The notes beneath the pieces are model-generated. The model had not been told where the DNA came from. It ran no database searches and saw nothing but the letters and a program-made list of their open reading frames with translations. DNA of 64,000 nucleotides from Escherichia coli O157:H7 (GTDB lineage Bacteria > Pseudomonadota > Gammaproteobacteria > Enterobacterales > Enterobacteriaceae), in the NCBI RefSeq assembly GCF_013167455.1, contig NZ_CP038328.1. One strand, written 5' to 3'. Both the position numbers and the translations under genes were made by a program. The first letter of the stretch is position 1. Each line of letters starts with the position of its first letter. Of the stretch, positions 12,500 to 26,001 are shown one piece after another.

Positions 12500-13247
12500 C
12501 CGTGATTTTATGCGTTATAGCCGCCAAATCCTGCTCGACGATATCGCTCTTGACGGGCAGCAAAAACTGCTCGACAGCCAGGTGCTGATTATCGGTCTTG
12601 GCGGGCTGGGTACACCTGCTGCGCTATACCTGGCGGGCGCTGGCGTCGGGACGCTGGTACTGGCAGATGACGACGATGTGCATTTAAGCAATCTGCAACG
12701 ACAAATCCTCTTTACCACTGAAGATATCGATCGCCCGAAATCGCAGGTCAGCCATCAGCGACTGACACAGTTGAATCCCGATATTCAACTGACAGCATTA
12801 CAACAACGGTTAACGGGTGAGGCGTTAAAAGATGCGGTTGCACAAGCCGATGTGGTGCTCGACTGTACCGACAATATGGCGACTCGCCAGGAGATTAATG
12901 CCGCCTGCGTGGCACTCAACACGCCGCTTATCACCGCCAGCGCGGTCGGATTTGGCGGTCAGTTGATGGTACTGACGCCGCCCTGGGGGCAGGGTTGTTA
13001 CCGCTGCCTGTGGCCAGAAAACCAGGAGCCAGAACGCAACTGCCGCACGGCGGGCGTGGTTGGCCCGGTGGTCGGGGTTATGGGCACTTTGCAGGCACTG
13101 GAAGCCATTAAGTTATTAAGCGGTATAGAGACGCCTGCGGGAGAACTCCGACTGTTCGACGGTAAGTCGAGCCAGTGGCGCAGCCTGGCGTTGCGCCGCG
13201 CCAGTGGTTGCCCGGTATGCGGAGGAAGCAATGCAGATCCTGTTTAA
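12492..13247 (+). CDS. thiF: ThiS adenylyltransferase (E1-like), 251 aa
   Basis: [15 protein letters not shown] start at 12492 overlapping the thiE end; GLGGLG nucleotide-binding motif; the ORF-track start at 12399 is an upstream extension. Confidence 0.92.
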   Translation: MNDRDFMRYSRQILLDDIALDGQQKLLDSQVLIIGLGGLGTPAALYLAGAGVGTLVLADDDDVHLSNLQRQILFTTEDIDRPKSQVSHQRLTQLNPDIQLTALQQRLTGEALKDAVAQADVVLDCTDNMATRQEINAACVALNTPLITASAVGFGGQLMVLTPPWGQGCYRCLWPENQEPERNCRTAGVVGPVVGVMGTLQALEAIKLLSGIETPAGELRLFDGKSSQWRSLALRRASGCPVCGGSNADPV

Positions 13248-13431
13248 CGATCAACCGATGCAGTGCGCCGCCGGGCAAACTGTTCACGAACTACTGGAGC
13301 AACTCGTTCAACGACAAGCGGGCGCGGCTCTGGCGATTAATCAGCAAATCGTCCCGCGTGAGCAGTGGACGCAACATATCGTGCAGGATGGCGACCAGAT
13401 CCTACTTTTTCAGGTTATTGCAGGGGGTTGA
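13231..13431 (+). CDS. thiS: sulfur-carrier protein ThiS, 66 aa ending in Gly-Gly
   Basis: [25 protein letters not shown]...FQVIAGG; overlaps the thiF 3' end. Confidence 0.9.
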   Translation: MQILFNDQPMQCAAGQTVHELLEQLVQRQAGAALAINQQIVPREQWTQHIVQDGDQILLFQVIAGG

Positions 13432-13432
13432 G

Positions 13433-14203
13433 ATGTTACGTATTGCGGACAAAACGTTTGATTCACATCTGTTTACCGGCACCGGGAAATTCGCCTCTTC
13501 ACAACTGATGGTAGAGGCAATCCGCGCTTCCGGCAGCCAGCTGGTGACGCTGGCGATGAAACGTGTCGACTTGCGCCAGCACAACGACGCTATCCTCGAA
13601 CCGCTTATCGCGGCGGGTGTGACCCTGCTGCCAAATACATCCGGGGCGAAAACAGCGGAAGAAGCCATTTTCGCCGCCCATCTGGCTCGTGAAGCGTTAG
13701 GCACAAACTGGTTAAAATTGGAGATTCACCCTGACGCCCGCTGGCTGTTGCCCGATCCCATCGAAACCCTGAAAGCCGCCGAAACGCTGGTACAACAGGG
13801 ATTTGTCGTGCTGCCTTACTGCGGGGCCGATCCGGTATTGTGTAAACGTCTGGAAGAAGTCGGCTGTGCAGCGGTGATGCCGCTCGGCGCGCCGATTGGC
13901 TCGAATCAGGGGCTGGAAACCCGCGCCATGCTGGAGATTATTATCCAGCAGGCCACAGTTCCGGTGGTTGTCGATGCTGGCATCGGCGTTCCCAGCCATG
14001 CCGCGCAGGCGCTGGAAATGGGGGCCGACGCGGTGTTAGTGAATACGGCGATTGCCGTCGCGGACGATCCCGTCAACATGGCGAAGGCATTTCGTCTGGC
14101 AGTAGAAGCAGGCCTGCTGGCACCTCAGTCCGGACCGGGCAGCCGCAGTTATTTTGCTCATGCCACCAGCCCGCTGACCGGATTTCTGGAGGCATCGGTA
14201 TGA
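13433..14203 (+). CDS. thiG: thiazole synthase, 256 aa
   Basis: [20 protein letters not shown] start 1 nt after the thiS stop; the ORF-track start at 13175 is an out-of-context extension. Confidence 0.94.
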   Translation: MLRIADKTFDSHLFTGTGKFASSQLMVEAIRASGSQLVTLAMKRVDLRQHNDAILEPLIAAGVTLLPNTSGAKTAEEAIFAAHLAREALGTNWLKLEIHPDARWLLPDPIETLKAAETLVQQGFVVLPYCGADPVLCKRLEEVGCAAVMPLGAPIGSNQGLETRAMLEIIIQQATVPVVVDAGIGVPSHAAQALEMGADAVLVNTAIAVADDPVNMAKAFRLAVEAGLLAPQSGPGSRSYFAHATSPLTGFLEASV

Positions 14204-15333
14204 AAACCTTCAGCGATCGCTGGCGACAACTGGACTGGGACGACATCCGCCTGCGTATCAACGGCAAAACGGCTGCTGACGTAGAGCGGGCGCTAAATGC
14301 CTCGCAACTCACCCGCGACGATATGATGGCGCTGTTATCGCCAGCCGCCAGTGGCTATCTGGAACAACTGGCCCAACGGGCGCAGCGTCTGACCCGTCAG
14401 CGATTTGGCAACACAGTTAGTTTCTACGTCCCGCTTTATCTTTCCAATCTTTGCGCTAACGACTGCACGTACTGCGGATTCTCTATGAGCAACCGCATCA
14501 AGCGCAAAACGCTGGATGAAGCGGATATTGCCAGGGAAAGCGCCGCTATACGGGAGATGGGCTTTGAACATCTGCTTTTAGTCACCGGTGAACATCAGGC
14601 GAAAGTGGGGATGGATTACTTTCGTCGTCATCTCCCTGCCCTGCGTGAACAGTTCTCTTCACTACAGATGGAAGTACAGCCGCTGGCGGAGACGGAATAC
14701 GCCGAGTTAAAGCAACTTGGTCTGGATGGCGTGATGGTTTATCAGGAGACATATCACGAGGCGACTTATGCCCGCCATCATCTGAAAGGCAAAAAACAGG
14801 ACTTCTTCTGGCGGCTGGAAACGCCGGATCGGCTGGGCCGTGCGGGGATTGATAAGATAGGCCTCGGCGCGCTAATTGGCCTTTCCGACAGCTGGCGCGT
14901 TGACTGCTATATGGTTGCAGAACATTTGCTATGGCTGCAACAGCATTACTGGCAAAGCCGCTACTCTGTCTCCTTCCCACGCCTGCGTCCATGTACTGGC
15001 GGCATTGAGCCTGCGTCGATTATGGATGAACGCCAGTTAGTGCAAACCATCTGCGCCTTCCGGCTGCTTGCACCGGAGATTGAACTGTCACTCTCCACGC
15101 GGGAATCACCGTGGTTTCGCGATCGCGTTATTCCGCTGGCAATTAATAACGTCAGCGCTTTTTCGAAAACGCAGCCAGGTGGCTATGCCGACAATCACCC
15201 CGAGCTGGAACAGTTCTCACCGCACGACGAGCGCAGACCGGAAGCGGTTGCTGCCGCGTTAACCGCTCAGGGTTTGCAGCCGGTATGGAAAGACTGGGAC
15301 AGCTATCTGGGACGCGCCTCGCAAAGACTATGA
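14200..15333 (+). CDS. thiH: 2-iminoacetate synthase (tyrosine lyase, radical SAM), 377 aa
   Basis: ORF track; CNDCTYCGF radical-SAM motif; 4-nt overlap with thiG. Confidence 0.94.
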   Translation: MKTFSDRWRQLDWDDIRLRINGKTAADVERALNASQLTRDDMMALLSPAASGYLEQLAQRAQRLTRQRFGNTVSFYVPLYLSNLCANDCTYCGFSMSNRIKRKTLDEADIARESAAIREMGFEHLLLVTGEHQAKVGMDYFRRHLPALREQFSSLQMEVQPLAETEYAELKQLGLDGVMVYQETYHEATYARHHLKGKKQDFFWRLETPDRLGRAGIDKIGLGALIGLSDSWRVDCYMVAEHLLWLQQHYWQSRYSVSFPRLRPCTGGIEPASIMDERQLVQTICAFRLLAPEIELSLSTRESPWFRDRVIPLAINNVSAFSKTQPGGYADNHPELEQFSPHDERRPEAVAAALTAQGLQPVWKDWDSYLGRASQRL

Positions 15334-15715
15334 GACGGAATGTAAGAACGAAAATTTATTCCGAGCCGCTACGGAAGATGAAAAACGCAAGGTTGTTGAA
15401 AGCGTTGTGTTTTTTTATGGTAGTGCCGTCAGCAGGAATGTTGTCCAGGGCGAAAAGCTTCTTCCTCGTTTCGCCCTGCCTTTCTTAAAAATTCCGTAAT
15501 GCAAAGTCTGAAGCCATCGCCTGTTGAGCAATGAAAGAGATCTGATTGTAAGAGAGTAAATACTCAACTATGATAGAGACGAAAATAAGAACACATGTTC
15601 TCATCTTCCAGGATGCAGCAGACTGAAGAAATTCAGACATCCCGCAACCTGCGATTATCGCAAGGTCAAGGCAAAGTCCGGTAATGGCGTTCTGAATACC
15701 AGAGATAATTCTCTG

Positions 15716-15750
15716 GCGAAACCCACCTTAAGGTGGGTTTTGTTATTTTG
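15716..15750 (+). terminator. hairpin plus T-run between convergent thiH and htrC, possibly bidirectional
   Basis: AAACCCACC-ttaa-GGTGGGTTT followed by TGTTATTTT, read from sequence. Confidence 0.55.
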
Positions 15751-15767
15751 AGGGCTGAGGAAGCTGC

Positions 15768-16211
15768 TTATTTCTCAATAAGTTTTAGGCAATGGTGAAA
15801 AATTTCACTGAAAGCCCTGAACACAACAAAGTAAAATGCCTTATCTCCTCCGTCTAAGTCCACCTCAATCACGGCATAGCTACCATACCCGGCATGAATA
15901 ACGTTGCTTTCTGGCAGCGCCAAAATAGTTCTTTTTAAGTGTGTGCGCGCTAAGTTATAACGGTGCTGGCAGAAGGGACGAGATTCTTTAGGCGCGTGGT
16001 ACATTAACGATAGTTTTTCTTCGTTCGTCTGATGTTCATAATCTTTTGTGAAGCAGTGAAGAGAGTAGGTAACCCAAAAGCGATACTCTAAAGGCTCCTT
16101 GTCCTCATGATGCTGAACGTAGATAACCTGATGAGCATCAAGAAACGATAAATCACGAACGTCGCCATCCGGATGTTTAAAAGGTCGCCACTTCTCCACT
16201 TCCTGTTTCAT
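15768..16211 (-). CDS. htrC: HtrC/YjaZ-like protein, 147 aa as read here (see finding on frame structure)
   Basis: ORF track; AAGGA Shine-Dalgarno 6 nt upstream of the ATG; K-12 position between thiH and rpoC; protein identity from synteny, not from remembered sequence. Confidence 0.6.
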   Translation of the reverse strand: MKQEVEKWRPFKHPDGDVRDLSFLDAHQVIYVQHHEDKEPLEYRFWVTYSLHCFTKDYEHQTNEEKLSLMYHAPKESRPFCQHRYNLARTHLKRTILALPESNVIHAGYGSYAVIEVDLDGGDKAFYFVVFRAFSEIFHHCLKLIEK

Positions 16212-16373
16212 TCTCGTTCCTTAAGAAAGCTACACAGGAATAGTATCGAATCCTTGCCGAGTTTGACTCAATTAGTTCAGTCAGTTTCAGGATATTAGTC
16301 ATCTCTACATTGATTATGAGTATTCAGAAATTCCTTAAATATTCTGACAAATGCTCTTTCCCTAAACTCCCCC

Positions 16374-16400
16374 CATAAAAAAACCCGCCGAAGCGGGTTT
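16374..16400 (-). terminator. rho-independent terminator after rpoC
   Basis: Minus-strand GCCCGCTTCGGCGGG hairpin followed by a T7 run, immediately 3' of the rpoC stop. Confidence 0.8.
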
Positions 16401-16423
16401 TTACGTTATTTGCGGATTAACGA

Positions 16424-19400
16424 TTACTCGTTATCAGAACCGCCCAGACCTGCGTTCAGCAGTTCTGCCAGGCTGGCAGATGCGTCTTCTGCAGTCACCT
16501 GCGGTGCAGCCGGAGCTTCACCCGCAGCACGGCGACGCATACGATCCTGGTGGTACGCGTAACCGGTACCTGCCGGGATCAGACGACCCACGATAACGTT
16601 CTCTTTCAGGCCGCGCAGTTCGTCGCGTTTGCCCGCAACGGCTGCTTCGGTCAGCACGCGAGTGGTCTCCTGGAACGATGCCGCGGAGATGAAGGACTCG
16701 GTTGCCAGAGACGCTTTGGTGATACCCAGCAGATCGCGGGAGTAAGTTGCACCCACTTTGCCGTTCGCTTCCAGTTCGCGGTTTGCGATCTTGACGCGAG
16801 AGTATTCAACCTGTTCGCCTTCCAGGAAGTCGGAGCTGCCCGCGTTAACGATGGTAGCTTTACGCAGCATCTGACGAACGATAACTTCGATGTGTTTATC
16901 GTTAATCTTAACGCCCTGCAGACGGTATACGTCCTGTACTTCGTTAACGATGTAACGAGTCACAGCATGAACACCACGCAGACGCAGAATGTCGTGCGGC
17001 GCTTCCGGACCGTCGGAAATTACGTCACCACGTTCTACACGTTCACCTTCGAACACGTTGAGCTGACGCCATTTCGGAATCATCTCTTCGTACGGATCGC
17101 TACCGTCTACCGGGGTGATAACCAGACGACGTTTACCTTTGGTTTCTTTACCGAAGGAAACGATACCGCTGATTTCAGCCAGGATTGCCGGCTCTTTCGG
17201 ACGACGTGCTTCGAACAGGTCCGCAACGCGTGGCAGACCACCGGTGATGTCCTTGGTACCGCCGGATTCCTGCGGAATACGCGCCAGGGTGTCACCAGAG
17301 CTGATCTGTACGCCATCTTCCAGCTGAACAATCGCTTTACCCGGCAGGAAGTACTGCGCAGGCATATCGGTACCTGGGATCAGAACGTCGTTACCCTGAG
17401 CATCAACGATTTTCAGTGCCGGACGCAGATCTTTACCACCTGCGGTACGTTCTGCGGAATCCAGAACCACCAGCGAAGACAGACCGGTCAGTTCGTCGGT
17501 CTGACGAGTAATGGTCTGGCCGTCGATCATGTCAGTAAAGCGTACAAAACCGCTTACTTCGGTGATAACCGGCATGGTGTGCGGGTCCCAGTTTGCAACG
17601 GTTTCGCCGCCAGCAACCTGTTCGCCATCGCCTTTTGCCAGTACCGCACCGTAAGGTACTTTGTAGCTTTCTTTGGTACGACCGAATTCGTCGATCAGTT
17701 TCAGTTCGGTGTTACGGGAAGTGATAACCAGTTTACCGCTGGAGTTCACAACCGACTTCACGTTGCTGAGCTTGATGCTACCTTTGTTTTTCACCTGGAT
17801 GCTGGATTCAGCAGCCGCACGAGATGCCGCACCACCGATGTGGAACGTACGCATGGTCAGCTGTGTACCCGGTTCACCGATGGACTGTGCCGCGATAACA
17901 CCGATTGCTTCACCCTTGTTGATGATGTGGCCACGCGCCAGGTCACGACCGTAGCAGTGCGCACATACACCAAAGTCGGTGTCACAAGATACAACAGAAC
18001 GTACTTTAACCGCGTCGACAGAGTTCTCTTCCAGCAGGTCACACCACTGTTCGTGCAGCAGCGTGTTGCGCGGAACGAGGATATCAGCAGTACCCGGCTT
18101 CAGAACGTCTTCAGCAGTTACACGACCCAATACGCGATCGCGCAGCGGCTCTTTAACGTCACCACCCTCGATAACCGGAGTCATCATGATACCTTCATGG
18201 GTACCACAATCGTCTTCGGTAACCACCAGGTCCTGCGCCACGTCAACCAGACGACGAGTCAGGTAACCGGAGTTCGCAGTTTTCAGTGCGGTATCCGCCA
18301 GACCTTTACGAGCACCGTGGGTGGAGATGAAGTACTGGAGTACGTTCAGACCTTCACGGAAGTTCGCGGTGATTGGCGTTTCGATGATGGAGCCATCCGG
18401 CTTCGCCATCAGACCACGCATACCAGCAAGCTGACGAATCTGTGCCGCAGAACCACGCGCACCGGAGTCGGCCATCATGTAGATGCTGTTGAAGGAAACC
18501 TGCTTCTCTTCCTGACCGTCACGGTTAATAACGGTTTCAGTTTGCAGGTTATCCATCATCGCTTTGGATACACGATCGTTCGCCGCAGCCCAGATATCGA
18601 TAACTTTGTTGTAGCGTTCGCCCGCAGTTACCAGACCAGACTGGAACTGCTCCTGAATTTCAGCAACTTCTGCTTCTGCCTCGGAGATGATTTCGTGTTT
18701 CTTCTCCGGGATGACCATGTCATCGATACCAACAGATGCACCAGAACGCGCTGCATATGCAAAGCCGGTGTACATGATCTGGTCCGCAAAAATAACGGTC
18801 GGTTTCAGACCGAGAATGCGGTAGCAGGTGTTCAGCATTTTGGAGATTGCTTTTTTACCCAGCGCCTGGTTGACGATGGAGTAAGGCAGACCTTTCGGTA
18901 CAATCATCCACAGAATGGCACGGCCAACAGTCGTGTCTTTCAGGCTGGTTTTCGCTACTAATTCACCGTTAGCATCTTTTTCATACTCGGTGATACGCAC
19001 TTTAACGCGCGCATGCAGAGAAGCCAGACCAGAGCGATACAGACGTTCTGCTTCTTTCGGGCCAGTCAGCACCATGCCTTCGCCTTTGGCGTTAACACAG
19101 TCACGGGTCATGTAGTACAGACCCAGTACAACGTCCTGAGACGGAACGATGATTGGTTCGCCGTTCGCCGGGGACAGGATGTTGTTGGTAGACATCATCA
19201 GCGCACGCGCTTCCAGCTGGGCTTCCAGCGTCAGCGGTACGTGAACAGCCATCTGGTCACCATCGAAGTCGGCGTTATATGCCGCACAAACCAGCGGGTG
19301 CAGCTGGATAGCTTTACCTTCGATCAGTACCGGTTCAAATGCCTGGATACCCAGACGGTGCAGAGTCGGTGCACGGTTCAGCAGTACCGGGTGTTCGCGG

Positions 19401-20647
19401 ATAACTTCGTCCAGGATATCCCAAACGACAGCTTCTTCGCGCTCAACCATTTTCTTCGCAGCTTTAATGGTGGTAGCAAGACCACGCAGTTCCAGCTTGC
19501 CGTAGATGAACGGTTTGAACAGCTCCAGCGCCATTTTCTTCGGCAGACCGCACTGATGCAGACGCAGGTATGGACCCACGGTGATTACAGAACGACCGGA
19601 GTAGTCAACACGCTTACCGAGCAGGTTCTGACGGAAACGACCCTGTTTACCTTTGATCATGTCGGCCAAAGATTTCAGAGGACGCTTGTTAGAACCGGTG
19701 ATCGCACGACCGCGACGACCGTTATCCAGCAGGGCGTCTACCGCTTCCTGCAGCATACGTTTTTCGTTACGTACGATGATGTCCGGCGCAGCCAGATCCA
19801 GCAGACGTTTCAGACGGTTGTTACGGTTAATGACGCGACGATACAGATCGTTCAGGTCAGAAGTCGCGAAACGACCACCATCCAGCGGAACCAGCGGACG
19901 CAGATCTGGCGGCAGTACCGGCAGAACGGTCAGGATCATCCACTCTGGTTTGTTACCAGACTGAACGAACGCTTCCAGCAGTTTGATACGCTTGGTCAGC
20001 TTTTTACGCTTGGTTTCGGAGTTGGTTTCGTTCAGCTCTTCACGCAGCTGTTCGCACTCTTGCTCCAGATCCATGCTCTTCAGCAGGGCCTGGATTGCTT
20101 CCGCACCCATTTTCGCGTCGAATTCGTCACCGAACTCTTCCAGCGCGTCCAGATACTGCTCTTCAGTCAGGATCTGCTGACGCTCCAGGTTGGTCATACC
20201 GCCTTCGATAACCACATAGGATTCAAAGTACAGTACGCGTTCGATATCGCGCAGCGGCATATCGAGCAGCAGGCCGATACGGGACGGCAGCGATTTCAGG
20301 AACCAGATGTGCGCAGTCGGGGAAGCCAGTTCGATGTGGCCCATACGCTCACGGCGTACTTTAGTCTGGGTCACTTCAACGCCACACTTCTCACAGATGA
20401 CGCCACGGTGTTTCAGGCGCTTGTACTTACCGCACAGGCACTCGTAATCTTTTACCGGCCCAAAGATACGGGCGCAGAAAAGGCCGTCACGTTCTGGTTT
20501 GAACGTACGGTAGTTGATGGTTTCCGGCTTTTTAACTTCACCGAAAGACCATGAACGGATCATGTCTGGCGAAGCCAGAGCAATTTTGATCGCATCAAAC
20601 TCTTCGGTTTTAGTCTGCGCTTTCAGAAACTTTAATAAATCTTTCAC
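16424..20647 (-). CDS. rpoC: RNA polymerase beta' subunit, 1407 aa
   Basis: ORF track; [83 protein letters not shown]-terminus with zinc-finger cysteines. Confidence 0.98.
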
Positions 20648-20723
20648 GGATTTGCTCCCGTCGGAGTTAGCACAATCCGCTGCCGGGTTTTACCCCGACA
20701 GCAGTGACCTGTTTGAGCGAGAA

Positions 20724-23700
20724 TTACTCGTCTTCCAGTTCGATGTTGATACCCAGCGAACGAATCTCTTTCAACAATACGTTGAAGGATTCTGGCATGC
20801 CCGGCTCCATCTGATGGTTGCCGTCCACGATGTTTTTATACATCTTAGTACGACCGTTCACGTCATCAGACTTAACGGTGAGCATTTCCTGCAGGGTGTA
20901 TGCTGCGCCGTATGCTTCCAGCGCCCACACTTCCATCTCCCCGAAACGCTGACCACCGAACTGTGCCTTACCACCCAGCGGCTGCTGAGTAACCAGGCTG
21001 TAAGAACCGGTGGAACGCGCGTGCATCTTGTCGTCGACCAGGTGGTTCAGTTTCAGCATGTACATGTAACCAACGGTTACCGGACGTTCGAACTGTTCAC
21101 CAGTGCGGCCGTCGTACAGGCGGATCTGACCAGAAGTCGGCAGGTCGCCAAGTTTCAGCAGCTCTTTAATTTCTGCTTCTTTCGCACCGTCGAACACCGG
21201 CGTTGCGATTGGCATACCTTTGCGCAGGTTTTCAGCCAGACGCATAACTTCTTCATCGCTGAAGGTACTCAGGTCAACTTTCTGACGAACGTCAGCGCCC
21301 AGATCGTACGCACGCTGGATGAATTCACGCAGTTTCGCGACTTCCTGCTGCTGTTTCAGCATGGCGTTGATCTTGTCGCCGATACCTTTCGCAGCCATAC
21401 CCAAGTGGGTTTCGAGGATCTGACCGATGTTCATACGAGACGGTACGCCCAGCGGGTTCAGTACGATGTCTACCGGCGTACCGTTTTCATCGTAAGGCAT
21501 ATCTTCGATCGGGTTGATCTTAGAAATTACACCCTTGTTACCGTGACGACCTGCCATCTTGTCACCAGGCTGGATACGGCGTTTAACCGCCAGATATACC
21601 TTAACAATCTTCAGCACGCCCGGTGCCAGATCGTCGCCCTGGGTGATTTTGCGGCGTTTCGCTTCGAGTTTCTTCTCGAACTCGTGTTTCAGTTCGTCAT
21701 ACTGCTCAGCCAGCTGTTCCAGCTGATTTTGTTTCTCTTCGTCGGTCAGGCCCAGCTCCAGCCAGCGATCGCGCGGCAATTTGTCGAGCTTCTCAGCTTC
21801 AACGCCACCGGCTACCAGCACAGCACGGATACGGCTGAACAGACCCGCTTCGAGGATCTGCAGTTCTTCAGACAGGTCTTTCTTCGCCTGTTTGAGCTGC
21901 ATTTCTTCGATTTCCAGCGCACGTTTGTCTTTTTCTACGCCATCGCGAGTAAAGACCTGAACGTCGATAACCGTACCGGATACACCGTTTGGTACGCGCA
22001 GAGAAGAGTCTTTAACGTCAGACGCTTTCTCACCGAAGATCGCACGCAGCAGTTTTTCTTCTGGGGTCAGCTGAGTTTCACCTTTCGGCGTAACCTTACC
22101 AACCAGAATGTCGCCACCGGTCACTTCCGCACCAATATAAACGATACCGGATTCATCCAGTTTGGAGAGCGCAGCTTCACCCACGTTCGGGATGTCAGCG
22201 GTGATCTCTTCTGGCCCCAGCTTGGTGTCACGGGACACACACGCCAGTTCCTGAATGTGGATGGTGGTGAAACGGTCTTCCTGAACAACACGCTCGGATA
22301 CGAGGATGGAGTCTTCGAAGTTGTAACCATTCCACGGCATGAACGCTACGCGCATGTTCTGACCAAGCGCCAGTTCACCGAGGTCGGTGGACGGACCGTC
22401 TGCCAGCACGTCGCCACGTTCAACCGGTTCACCCAGAGACACACACGGCATCTGGTTAATACAGGTGTTCTGGTTAGAACGGGTGTATTTGGTCAGGTTG
22501 TAGATGTCGATACCTGCTTCACCCGGATACATCTCGTCTTCGTTAACTTTGATAACGATACGGGAAGCATCCACGTACTGAACGACACCACCACGTTTAG
22601 CAACCGCAGTTACACCGGAGTCAACGGCAACAGCACGTTCCATACCAGTACCAACCAGCGGCTTATCAGCACGCAGAGTCGGAACGGCCTGACGTTGCAT
22701 GTTCGCACCCATCAATGCACGGTTGGCGTCATCGTGTTCCAGGAACGGGATCAGGGACGCACCGACGGATACCACCTGCTGGGTGGATACGTCCATGTAG
22801 TCAACCTGGTCACGGCTGAACAAGCTGGATTCGCCTTTGCTACGGCAGGTTACCAGGTCTTCTACGAAGTGGCCTTCTTCATCCAGGTTGGAGTTCGCCT
22901 GGGCGATAACGTAGTTGCCTTCTTCGATAGCAGACAGGTAGTGAATTTCGTCAGTTACAACACCGTCAGTCACTTTACGATACGGAGTCTCAAGGAAGCC
23001 GTATTCGTTAGTCTGTGCGTACACGGACAGAGAGTTGATCAGACCGATGTTCGGACCTTCAGGGGTTTCGATTGGACATACGCGACCGTAGTGAGTCGGG
23101 TGTACGTCTCGAACTTCGAAGCCTGCACGTTCACGGGTCAGACCGCCTGGGCCGAGTGCGGAGATACGACGTTTGTGCGTAATCTCAGACAGCGGGTTGT
23201 TCTGGTCCATAAACTGAGACAGCTGGCTGGAACCGAAGAACTCTTTCACTGCTGCGGAAATCGGCTTGGCGTTGATCATATCCTGAGGCATCAGGGTATC
23301 CAGATCGCCCAGAGACAGACGCTCTTTCACCGCACGCTCTACACGTACCAGGCCAACGCGGAACTGGTTTTCCGCCATTTCGCCAACGGAACGGATACGA
23401 CGGTTGCCGAGGTGGTCGATATCATCGACTTCGCCTTTACCGTTACGGATATCGATGAGCTTTTTCATAACATCAATGATGTCGTCTTTGCTCAGGATAC
23501 CAGAACCTTCGATTTCTTCGCGCAGCAGAGAACGGTTGAACTTCATACGACCAACCGCAGACAGGTCATAACGGTCTTCGGAGAAGAACAGGTTCTCGAA
23601 CAGGCTTTCCGCTGCTTCACGAGTCGGCGGCTCGCCAGGGCGCATCATGCGGTAGATTTCTACCAGTGCGCTCAGACGGTCGTTAGTTGGGTCGACACGT

Positions 23701-24752
23701 AAGGTTTCAGAGATATACGGGCCGTGATCCAGATCATTGGTGAACAGCGTTTCGATACGCTTGTGACCAGACTGGCTCAGCTTAGCCAGCAGATCCAGGC
23801 TCAGCTCCATGTTCGCTGCGCAGATCAGCTCGCCGGTAGACTCATCAATATAGTCTTTAGCAACCACTTTACCTGCGATGTACTCAACCGGGACTTCGAT
23901 CAGTTTGACGTCGTCTTTTTCCAGCTGGCGAATGTGGCGCGCAGTGATACGGCGGCCTTTTTCTACGTACACTTTACCGTTAGCTTCGATGTCAAAGGAT
24001 GCGGTTTCACCACGCAGGCGTTCCGGCACCAGTTCCATCTGCAGCTTGTTATCACGGATTTCAAAGATAACTTTTTCAAAGAACAGGTCGAGGATCTGCT
24101 CTGTGGTGTAGTTCAGGGCACGCAGAATGATGGTCGCAGGCAGTTTACGGCGACGGTCGATACGTACGAACAGGTTGTCCTTCGGATCGAATTCGAAGTC
24201 CAGCCAGGAACCACGGTAAGGGATGATGCGCGCGTTATACAGCACTTTACCCGAAGAGTGGGTTTTACCTTTGTCGGAGTCAAAGAAGACGCCCGGACTA
24301 CGGTGCAGCTGGGAAACGATAACACGCTCAGTACCGTTGATAACAAAGGTACCGTTGTCTGTCATGAGCGGAATTTCGCCCATGTAGACTTCTTGTTCTT
24401 TAATGTCTTTTACGGTGCCTTCCGGCGCTTCGCGCTCATAGATCACCAGACGCAGTTTAACGCGCAGCGGTGCGGAATAGGTCACGCCACGGATTTGACA
24501 TTCCTGGACGTCAAACACCGGTTCGCCAAGGCGGTAGCTGACGTATTGCAGCTCGGAATTACCGCTGTAGCTCTGAATCGGGAATACGGAACGGAAAGCA
24601 GCTTCCAGACCATACTGCCCTTCAGGATCTTGCTCGATAAATTTCTGAAACGAGTCAAGCTGGATAGAAAGGAGATAAGGTACATCCAGAACTTGTGGAC
24701 GTTTACCAAAATCCTTACGAATACGTTTTTTCTCGGTATAGGAGTAAACCAT
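20724..24752 (-). CDS. rpoB: RNA polymerase beta subunit, 1342 aa
   Basis: ORF 20724..24785; canonical start [17 protein letters not shown] at 24752; 76-bp gap to rpoC. Confidence 0.98.
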
Positions 24753-25000
24753 AGGGTTCCTCAGCTCGCTGACAAGTCGACCCATCTGTCCATTGAGCGG
24801 ACAGTTTGTGCAACACTATTTTGTTGACCGGAAAATGGAACACTTTCCGCAATGCCTGTTGCTATCACGCTTAAACCATTTCATTGCGATTTACACAGAA
24901 CGGACGTCCTGTCGCAGTATATTAAGTCGTCGATAGAAACAAGCATTGAAAGGCACAGCAGTAGTCAAACAGTGTGAAACGCTACTGGTGCCTTACAGCG

Positions 25001-25032
25001 CAAAAAGGCTGGTGACTAAAAAGTCACCAGCC
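25001..25032 (-). terminator. rplL-rpoB intercistronic attenuator hairpin (partial terminator)
   Basis: Minus-strand GGCTGGTGACT-ttttag-TCACCAGCC followed by TTTTTGC, about 40 nt 3' of the rplL stop. Confidence 0.6.
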
Positions 25033-25071
25033 ATCAGCCTGATTTCTCAGGCTGCAACCGGAAGGGTTGGC

Positions 25072-25437
<366 letters not shown>

Positions 25438-25503
25438 TTAAATTGTTCCTGAATATCAGAATAAGTTTATACGTAAGCGAATGCGTTAAAAAGATAACTG
25501 CGA

Positions 25504-26001
25504 TTAAGCAGCTTCTTTCGCATCGCGTACAGCAGCCAGAGTACGAACCAGTTTGCCAGCCGAAGCTTCTTTCATGGTTGCCATCAGGCGTGCAATTGCT
25601 TCTTCGTAGGTCGGCAGAGTTGCCAGGCGGTCGATCTGAGACGCCGGGATCAGCTCACCTTCAAAGGCAGCGGCTTTGACCTCAAATTTTGCATTCGCTT
25701 TCGCGAACTCTTTGAACAGACGAGCAGCAGCGCCCGGGTGTTCCATAGAGTATGCAATCAGGGTCGGACCAACAAACGCGTCTTTCAGGCACTCGAACGG
25801 AGTACCTTCAACAGCACGGCGCAGCAGGGTGTTACGAACAACACGCATGTATACGCCAGCTTCGCGACCTGCTTTACGCAGTTCAGTCATTTTATCTACA
25901 GTTACGCCACGGGAATCCGCAACTACTGCAGACAGCGCGCCTTTGGCTACTTCGCTGACTTCAGCAACAATCGCTTGTTTGTCTTGAAGATTTAAAGCCA
26001 T
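25504..26001 (-). CDS. rplJ: 50S ribosomal protein L10, 165 aa
   Basis: Full-length match [80 protein letters not shown]... Confidence 0.97.

Noticed and set aside
20514-23702. 1062-aa plus-strand ORF antisense to rpoB (also 16550..18961 and 19013..20554 antisense to rpoC)
   Set aside because: Long stop-free antisense frames are a known by-product of codon bias in rpoB/rpoC; the translated sequences are low-complexity with no recognisable domains, and the sense strand encodes canonical RNA polymerase subunits.
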